A stretch of 64,000 nucleotides of DNA, taken from contig NC_043021.1 in assembly GCF_006345805.1 (NCBI RefSeq), forward strand, positions 27,590,001 through 27,654,000, read 5' to 3'. The notes beneath the pieces are model-generated. The model was not told the origin of the DNA, ran no database searches, and saw nothing but the letters and a program-made list of their open reading frames with translations. How positions within the stretch are numbered: the first letter of the stretch is position 1; each line of letters opens with the position of its first letter. The position numbers and the translations under genes were made by a program. Source of the DNA: Octopus sinensis. Taxonomy: Eukaryota. Shown piece after piece: positions 55,111 through 64,000 of the stretch.

Positions 55111-56538
55111 AATCGTCTTCGCTTCCCGACTGTATTTGGCAAACTAATAAGCAGACAAGAAGGATTTAGTTGCGTTTGTTCAAAGTGCTATTAAAGCCAT
55201 CTCCTTCAATCTGGAGTAATAACAGTTGATAATTCAGCTTATTAGATGTATAGTAATGATGTACTGAAATTACAATAATCTAGGTCTAGGACAATTATAA
55301 CTGTCTTTCCTAAAAATCTTTCAAACCTTCTGAAATGCGTCTCATAATTGAACATTCTAGAACAAAGAGATGATCATCCTGTTGCTGTTTCTGTAGCATC
55401 GGTTGCTGCTAATGTGATTTTTGTTGTTGTTGTTGTTGTTGTAGAGTCTCATACCATCTCCGATCCAGAAGAACAATGATTCAAAACCAGAAATGGTCAT
55501 CTCATATTTTAACCATTTCGCATTTCAACTGGCATTATCTAATCCAAGTATTGTACCTGGTTTATAATACAACCGACGAGATCCAACCTTTCACAGTAAC
55601 CTTAAAATGTTATTTTAAAAACAAACAATAAAATTATTGAAGTCTCAAATTTAAGTGAAAATATAAGATTAATTCAAATGAATGTGAATAAATAAGCCTG
55701 TGATGTCTTTGGTACAATAATCTGAATGGTAAATGGGTTAAAGATTATTTTTAGTACTACTTTATCTAATGCGTCTGCACTTTTCCCTTTATACTGATGA
55801 GCTATGATTTTGAATATCATTCATCTGCTATTCCCAGACGCTCAAGAGAATCGTTCGTTTGAGTAGGCTGATGTTATGCAGAGCTGTAAGCCGACACTCA
55901 GTCGATTAGGTCAGCTAAAACACAGCGAATGACATTATAACAATCTCGAAATAAATCAAGATGTGTTTTCAGCCAATACGTATTTGATATTGTATCATGT
56001 GATATAACATATCATATGAACTCTCTATGCAGGCATCTTTGTGTGTTCATCCACCCGGACTTGCTAAAACAGCTACTGAAGTAGTAGAATTTAATGATGT
56101 CGACGGGATTGCTCCTTCCTTTCAAGCGTATGCCCGCTGGACCTTGCTACAAAATAGTATACTGTATATGCGCCAGATTCAGGCGAAAAAGAAATACAGT
56201 CAAATTAAAGCAACAATAGTTAGTAAAGTGACAGACGACAAGAGAAATCAATTTGGTTAATCAATAATATTCCTACGGTGAGGAGCCGAGAATATTAGCT
56301 CAGTGGCTTACAAATATTAATGAAATCTGATCTCTGCAAATGTGTGTAGCTATGTATATATTTACTTATATCAATCTGTGGGCTGTCGTTGTTTCGGTAA
56401 TTGACCCTCTTGATATAGTCATTATATGATATATTTGCATATCGCCGAGGAGATGAAGAAGAAAACTAGACATATTTCATTTCTATGCTAACGAATGTCG
56501 AGTGCATGTGTATGTATGTGTAATATGTATTCATCCAA

Positions 56539-56576
<38 letters not shown>

Positions 56577-56616
56577 ACACACACACATACACACACATAT
56601 ATATATATATATACAG

Positions 56617-56664
<48 letters not shown>

Positions 56665-56786
56665 GATGTACTTGTATAGCAAGTGACCTGATCTGAGATC
56701 GTGTGCTGGAAAGAAAACAATTGCAGCGTGGAAGGTGTTTATAAGCCATTTAAGAAACACACAAAAACCGTTAAATTTAAATTTAA

Positions 56787-56837
56787 TTTGCCAAAATATT
56801 TTCGTCACTTTGGGATCGCGACCTGTTCACTGACAAA
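56787..56837 (-). ncRNA. Minimal type I hammerhead motif, G3-C8 core
   Basis: TTTGTCA-GTGAACA-G-GTCGC-GATCCCAAA-GTGAC-GAA-AA-TA-TT-T-TGGCAAA; 7-bp stem I, 5-bp stem II. Confidence 0.6.
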
Positions 56838-56851
56838 GTCCTGTGCTGTTG

Positions 56852-56889
<38 letters not shown>

Positions 56890-57015
56890 ATGTGTATGTG
56901 TGTATGTGTGTGTGTGTGTGTATGTGTGTATGTGTATGTGTGTGTGTACTGTATATATATTTGTATGTGTATATATATATATATATATGTACACTGATCC
57001 CTCTCTCCCTCTCTG

Positions 57016-57046
<31 letters not shown>

Positions 57047-57108
57047 ATATATATACACATACACGTGTGTGTGTGTGTGTGTGTGCGCGCGCGCGCGCGT
57101 GTGTGTGC

Positions 57109-57157
<49 letters not shown>

Positions 57158-57172
57158 CGCGCGTGTGTGTGC

Positions 57173-57212
<40 letters not shown>

Positions 57213-57500
57213 CCGTATCCTTCAACCGCGAAGATCAAATGTTGGCAGGTCAGCTTCTTAGATGTATTAGAATTACATCAACCATCTTGGTGTAGGACTG
57301 TTATAACTGTCTCTCCTAAAATGTCTCCAACCTTCCGGTTTATAAAACAAAACGATGATCCGACTAATCGTATTGCTGTAGCAGCGGCGGCTGCTAATGA
57401 GTTTCTTGTTGTCGTTGTTGTAGAGGCACATATCATCACCGATTCAGAACAACATCTAGAAACAGGATATGGTCATTTCATATTTTTCCCCTTTCACATG

Positions 57501-57570
57501 GGCATATGGCGTAGTGGTTAAGAGCACGGGCTACTAACCCCAAGATTCCGTGTTCGATTCCAGGCAATGA

Positions 57571-57605
<35 letters not shown>

Positions 57606-57746
57606 TCGAAAAATACCTTAGGAATGAGAACCCAGGTTCGAAATTTCCCCAAGACACCTGATGAAGGCTGGAGGGTATATCATCTGAAATGTTGTGTTAA
57701 CAACAAATAGGGTGAGGACAAATATCTGTCAAATGTAAATAATTTA
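57501..57746 (+). mobile_element. Composite element: tRNA-like head + (AAT)n + hammerhead-bearing body (copy 2)
   Basis: A box TGGCGTAGTGG, B box GTTCGATTCC; hammerhead motif at 57653-57698 with decayed stem II. Confidence 0.75.
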
Positions 57747-57859
57747 AATAATTTCATATGCAAATTAGCAAGATGGCAGAAAGTGCAGACAATTGGCAGG
57801 ATGGATACTAAGGGACTTCAAGACAAAAGACCAATAAGCTATGTTAACGCCATTAACAC

Positions 57860-58310
57860 GAAACCCTTTGTTCTCAGCCGCCTGGACTACTGCTCCCAGT
57901 TATGGTCACCACATGATGCCAAACGAACAGGGGAATTTGAAGCAGTCCAACGCCACTACACAAAGAAGATTGAAACAGGGCAGCGGATGAACTACAGGGT
58001 GAGGAGGAAAAGCAACTGTTTCACTCTTTGTAGCGAAGGCGCAAACAGATATGTAACAGATGTGGAAAATTCTAGAAGGGCTAGTACTTAATTTGAGTGT
58101 TATTTCAAATACCAGAATGGTTACCATTGCATTATACCAAAGGTAAAATCCACGCCATCTAAATTCAGGACCAAGTACTGCAATAGCCCAGGGTTCAAAG
58201 GCCAACGGTTCTTCAAAGAAATCTGTATAAGGTGGAAGTAGATGACTTCCAAAAGGAACTAAAGATCCTCCTCTCCACAACACCAGATGAACCAACAGCC
58301 TGACACGAGG
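57860..58310 (+). pseudogene. CR1/L2-like LINE 3' fragment
   Basis: FVLSRLDYCSQLWSP...EAVQRHYTKKI; downstream PDEP motif. Confidence 0.75.
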
Positions 58311-58454
58311 CACAGAGACACAGAGGTACAGACGAGGACTGCGGAAATCACTTATACCCTTATACGCCATATGGGCCAACAGCTGGGCCAAACGCAGCGG
58401 TAATGTGAAACACTCCAGACTTTGGAAATCAGCAAGACCACGATGATGGCCATG

Positions 58455-58524
<70 letters not shown>

Positions 58525-58829
58525 AGAGAGATAGATAGATGTTTGCATATATATATATATACCGACAGACATGCTATTATCGAACACTGAGAGTGCATAC
58601 CGAACACCGTATTGGTGGATAAATAATCTTCATTTGTTAATTAACAAGGAAATCGATGGTTTCATGTGGAGGAAATATCTGCAAAATTTAGAATCTTAAT
58701 TCTAGTCTCGGCTTCGGAATCTCCTGCTGTTCTCCTGGACGGTCTCCTTGTTTAATTTAGTGAACGCTGCCATAATCTTTACCTTCATTTCATTAAGGAG
58801 ATTCGTTGGTCTCTCTCTCTCACCTGCGT

Positions 58830-59140
58830 CCCACACATAACAACCTAGGGCATTGCCGTCTGGGAAGTTAGGTGGCCAGATATTAGGGGTCAGATGTGGT
58901 CGCAGAAATTGTTTGACAGCCGTGACTGAGTTCCCCTGCTTGTGTGGTATGGTGCTGAGTCCTGTTGCCAGACATAAGGTCTTCCAGCAGCCACCCTCTT
59001 GACCCAGGGCAGGACTACCTCCTCCAGGCTCTTGATGTAGGCTTACGTGTTGAGTGTGAGGCCGGGCGAGAAGATGAATGTAGGGACAAGGTCACCAACA
59101 CTAGTGATCACTCCAGACACCATGATGTTGACTGGATGTT
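58830..59140 (-). pseudogene. Tc1/mariner-superfamily (maT-like) transposase fragment
   Basis: KHPVNIMVSGVITSVGD...LEEVVLPWVKRVAAGRPYVWQQDSAPYHTSR. Confidence 0.8.
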
Positions 59141-59294
59141 TGATTTTTATCTCTCTTGGTACATGTCCTCACATTGCACTGTCCTCACATTGACACCCAA
59201 ACGCTCTAAATTGGCGACAATTTACCCATTGCACCTTGTATGTATATATGTATATATACATATATGCATGTATATATATATATATATATATCTG

Positions 59295-59337
<43 letters not shown>

Positions 59338-59357
59338 ATCTGTATATATATGTTTAT

Positions 59358-59399
<42 letters not shown>

Positions 59400-59412
59400 A
59401 TATATATATCTG

Positions 59413-59470
<58 letters not shown>

Positions 59471-59752
59471 AGTCTATTTATCTATATATATATATATATA
59501 TTATATATATATATATATATATCATTCAAACTATATACAAGCACGTATATACATGCAAACATACACGCTACTATTGAACACTGACAATGCGTGCCGAACA
59601 CCGCATTGATGGATAAATAACATTAATTTGTGGATTAACAAGGTAATCAATGGTTTCATGTGGAGGGAAATGACTGCAATAATGGAAGCTTGCACAGGTT
59701 AGAATCTTGCTACTCGTCTCGATGGAGATGTATACACACACACATATATATA

Positions 59753-59802
<50 letters not shown>

Positions 59803-60779
59803 AATACATATATGCATATCTATATATGTATATATGTATATTTATATCTATCAATCTATCTATGTTTGCTTTTATATGAAGTTATAAGAGAAATTCATAA
59901 GTTGCATAGGTTTAAAAAATCGCATATTAGATCCAAGGATTCCACCGCACAGCTGAATTCCCGATCGGAAACTTTCCGCAAATGCAAACATATGGTCAAA
60001 TTTCATTTGGCGAATTGGAGGACAACATCCTCTGCCGATTGAGAAGCTCTATCACAGAAACTAGACCCTACTCTGCTCATTAGTTATGCAAAATCTAGCT
60101 TTACGGTTAAAAGGGACATAAATCCAATTTCCTTCTTTCTTTTTCTTTCCTTTTCCTATTGGCAGCGGAGAAAAATTATCCATCACTGGCGGAACAGTAA
60201 TAGGAAGTTAAAATGACAACGGAATAAGAAATTATTCTCTGAACTTCATTAGCTTACGGTTATACTGTAATGGAATAATTTGCAATGCACGCATAGATAG
60301 ATGCCTGCACTCCATTTTCGAAGCTCCATGAAGTTACAGGATGATACATAAGGTTTCAAATCTTGGTGCCAATAGCTCAGAAGAAGCTCTAAGCTAATGA
60401 AATTCATGACATAATTTCTTATCACTTTCTCATTTTGATTTCATTTGAGCATAGTCTAAAAGTCAATGCTCTGAATGTTTTTCGTCACATGTTCCTAGAG
60501 AATGAACACATGATTAAGTTTACAACTGTTTGTATGTTTTCTCTTACGTCCGTGCGTTAGTGTCACGTGACAGTATATTTTGCACCTAAAAAGAAGGCCG
60601 ACACGGTTGAGTGATCATGTTTAGTTATAACCAAGGCGCTCCAAATATAATCTGTCTGGTGGTAGGGGGGGGGGAGTCGTTTGTATGTAGTGCAGTGTAT
60701 AGGTTGTTAGCTATGTAGGTTCTTCATGATAAGTGACAGGATGAGTTTTGTGCGTGAATAGTCATACGTCTAGATACTC

Positions 60780-61687
60780 TGTTAAAGTTTGTTAAGTCTA
60801 GGTTTGTATTTTTGTATGAAAGTATTTTCTTCGTTTATCCCTGCGGCATCTGTGGTATTCGCTGAATACAGGTAGAGCGAGAAGACATGGAATTTGGGGG
60901 ACTTAATTTTGCACATATGTATATGTGTCCACTCAGTGAAATCTGTCTCCAGGGACCTCGTATTTGTTGTCGGTGGATGGTCAGTCAATTTCTTTGAGTA
61001 AGCTTTGTTTGACCTATTAATATTCAATGCATCCTTGACATTTGATAGCGTATATTGAATTCATTGAAGAATATGTAAAGTGATTTTAACGTAAAATCTG
61101 CCCTGATTTGAATTTCTAACTTGTGTCCTCAATAAGGTTAATGCAGATCCCGCAATTGGGGCAGCTACACTTTTTGGATTGTTGCTGTAGGAATTGTAGA
61201 AGGTAATTTAGAACTTGTGAGGAACTTTTTGAGGGACTTTGATTGTCTTTTACTTTTGCTTGTTTCATTCTTGGGTCTCGTTTTAGTAGTGGGATGTTCT
61301 GATGGATAATATTGTAAACCTCTGTATTTCTTGGGTTGTGTGTTGTAATAAATGGTAGAGTACTGAATGTACTTGGAGCATTTTTCATTTTTAGTAGTTC
61401 TTCGATATTTATTGCATTGGCACGTTCTATTCCATTGTCTATTAACTTTAATGGATATTGTCTTTTAAGTAATACTTGTTTTAGTTCCAGGAGTCTTTTA
61501 TTGTGAGTTTCAGGGTTTGAGACAATTATGCAGATTCTTCTTGCTAGATTAAACGGGATATTATTCGTCGTGTGTTTGGGATGCCATGAGGAGAACAGTA
61601 AGTATTGTTTAGAATCTGTTTGTTTGTAGTGAATATCTGTTTCAATGATTTTATCTCTTTTGATGATTAATATATCCAAAAATGGTT
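60780..61687 (-). pseudogene. Penelope-like element: RT thumb + GIY-YIG endonuclease fragment
   Basis: FLDILI...TDIHYKQTDSKQYL...HPKH...IPFNLARRI; frameshifted LIGQTK, HRQQI and ENTFIQKYKPRLN; truncated by the SINE at 61688. Confidence 0.85.
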
Positions 61688-62105
61688 ACTCTCTCTTTAC
61701 TCTTTTACTTGTTTCAGTCATTTGACTGCGGCCATGCTGGAGCACCACCTTTAGTCGAGTAAATCGACCCCGGGACTTATTCTTTTGTAAGCCCAGTACT
61801 TATACTATCGGTCTCTTTTTGCCGAACCGCTAAGTGACGGGGACGTAAACACACCAGCATCGGTTGTCAAGCAATGATAGGGGGACAAATACAGACACAC
61901 AAACATATACACACACTTATATATATATATATACATATATACGACAGGCTTCTTTCAGTTTCCGTCTACCAAATCCACTCACAAGGCATTGGTCGGCCCG
62001 GGGCTATAGTAGAAGGCACTTGCCCAAGGTGTCACGCAGTGGGATTGAACCCGGAACCATGTGGCTGGTTAGTAAGCTACTTACCACACAGCCACTCCTG
62101 CGCCT
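61688..62105 (-). mobile_element. Full-length SINE family C (tRNA-like head, internal microsatellite, GAGTAAA-type tail)
   Basis: Minus head AGGCGCAGGAGTGGCTGTGTGGTAAG; many partial copies elsewhere in the window. Confidence 0.88.
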
Positions 62106-62254
62106 ATTGTTGAGTTTTACTGAATTCCATGGTAAGGTTAATATTGTTGATTATATATATATATATATATTTTTTATATATACACACATATACAGGGTGA
62201 GCCAAAATTCACGTATCTTAACATTTTTATTTACATTATGTTATTATTGTTATT

Positions 62255-62702
62255 GAGTGAGAGACCAGTGCATGCCGCATCAAAGTGAACTATACGAAGC
62301 CCTGTATACCCACCATCAATACATATCTGGAAGGTTACACCAGGCACATGCATCACAACCATATGCGCCCGACATGTTGATCTCACATCAAGATTAACAG
62401 CGCAGGGCCTTGCAGATGGGGATCAGTAAAATTTTTTTTCAGGTCGAGTAGCTCATGCCGCAAAAATCTCCCTGAACAAGGATGTTAAAACGAAACATCA
62501 GAGGTTAGTTATCCAAACTCAAAAGAATTCCTCTCAACACGTGACTACGATGCTCCCCGACTACTTCTGCTCATGATCAGAGATGCACATATCAGCTCAA
62601 CTGGTTAAGGTCAAGCAATTGACAAACAAATCTGTGGTATTGAGCAGAATATTTGCTGTATTCCTTCTTTTATACCAAGACAAAACGATCTACATGATAA
62701 AA
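62255..62702 (-). mobile_element. ~555-bp (AAT)n-tailed element (copy 3, diverged)
   Basis: Aligns with 63210-63700 with indels; flanked by ATT repeats. Confidence 0.8.
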
Positions 62703-62727
62703 CTTATTATTATTATTAGTCAAGGCG

Positions 62728-62937
62728 AAGAGCGCGATTCGATTGTAAGATATTTTATTAGTCGAACGATATTTCAACAGTACGTCTGTCTTTGTCAAGT
62801 CAAAATAAGAAGTGATAAAAATTCAATTTCTGTAATTTTGAATTTTTATCACTTCTTATTTTGAACTTGACAAAGACAGACGTACTGTTGAAATATCGTT
62901 CGACTAATAAAATATCTTACAATCGAATCGCGCTCTT
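62728..62937. repeat. Near-perfect ~100-bp-arm palindrome with an 11-nt loop
   Basis: Arms 62728-62826 and 62838-62937 differ by one indel; a single-arm homologue lies at ~63845-63945. Confidence 0.92.
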
Positions 62938-63176
62938 TGTTTTGACTGTTTACCTTTGTGAAGAGTTACGTCCAATCCTTTTTGGAATCTTCTTCTTCTT
63001 CTTCTTATTCTTCTTCTTCTTCTTCTTCTTTCTTCTTCTTCTTCTCTTCTTCTTCTTCTTCTTCTTCTTCTTCTTTTTCTTCTTCTTCTTCTCTTCTTCT
63101 TCCTCTTTTTTCTTCTTCTTCTTATTTTTCTTTCTCGCTTCTTCTTCTTCTTCTCTCCTCCTCCTCTTCTCCTCTC

Positions 63177-63209
<33 letters not shown>

Positions 63210-63767
63210 GAGTGAGAGAGCAGTTACTGCCATCAAAGTGACACTGGGGTAAAATATACGAAGCCCAATATACCCATCATGACTACCGTCTGATAAAGTA
63301 CACCAGGCACATGCATCACAACCATATGTGCGCGACATGGTGATCTCATATCAAGATAAACAGCACATGACCTTGCAGGTGGGGCCCAGTTAGAATTTTC
63401 TTCAGGTTGAGTAGCCCATCCCGCTCAAACGGTCCCTGAATAAGGGTTGCTTAAGGATGTTGAAAGCACCACCCATGTTTCCAGAGGTGAACTATTCAAA
63501 TCCCAAAGAATCCCTCTCAACACATGGCTATGATGCTCCCCCACTACTTCTGCTCGTGATCAGAGATGCACATATCGTCAGCCACTAAGGGACATGCTCA
63601 ACTGGTTAATGTCAAACAACTGACAAGCAAATCTGTGGTATTGAGCAGAATATTGCTGTAGCCCATCTTTTATCACAAGACAAAGCAATGTACATGATAA
63701 CACTTCCAATCAGTTAAGATCAGAAGGCATAGAGAGAGCCACTGCTGGTACTGCATCAGGGCATTTA
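63210..63767 (-). mobile_element. ~555-bp (AAT)n-tailed element (copy 4, longest)
   Basis: Minus 5' ATAAATGCCCTGATGCAGTACC...3' CTCTCTCACTC; (TAA)n on both sides; no ORF and no A/B boxes recognised. Confidence 0.88.
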
Positions 63768-63835
<68 letters not shown>

Positions 63836-64000
63836 GTTAGACAAGACAAAGAGCGCAATGCGATTGCAATAGATATTTTATTTGTTGATGGATATTTCGA
63901 CAGCAAACCTATCTTTGTCGAGTTCAAAATAAAAAGTGATTGAATATTCCTCTTTTTCGTTTGTTTTTTTCTTTCCTTTTTTCTTGTTTTTCTCACTCAT

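Noticed and set aside
63210-63767. HDV-like ribozyme at the 5' end of the 555-bp element
   Set aside because: I could not build P1-P3/P1.1 in the required nested order by eye.
62255-63950. Simple tandem duplication of [555-bp element + ATT + palindrome arm]
   Set aside because: The 63210 copy is much closer to the distant 4387 copy than to the neighbouring 62255 copy, which favours independent insertions.

Overview
AT-rich, microsatellite-saturated eukaryotic DNA. It is probably an intron or intergenic region of an octopus-like cephalopod; this is inferred from recognised repeat families and was not checked against a database. No host gene can be called with confidence; two short plus-strand candidate exons are flagged. 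Almost all interpretable sequence is mobile DNA: four R4/Dong-like RT+RLE retrotransposons, all minus strand and all associated with (TAA)n arrays; four copies of a ~555-bp non-coding (AAT)n-tailed element that may be their non-autonomous partner; RTE, CR1-like and Penelope-like (GIY-YIG) fragments; an ORF1-only LINE derivative; several mariner/Tc1 relics; non-autonomous Helitrons; hAT-like and other MITEs; and at least three tRNA-derived SINE families. The most striking signal is a set of minimal type I hammerhead ribozyme motifs in several otherwise unrelated Penelope-like terminal-repeat families. Their core positions 3 and 8 covary as C-G, U-A and G-C. Some lie in long fold-back palindromes, and one family sits downstream of a tRNA-like Pol III head. 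Most ORFs in the supplied track are translations of microsatellites and are not genes. All coordinates were read by eye and ends may be off by a few to tens of bases.
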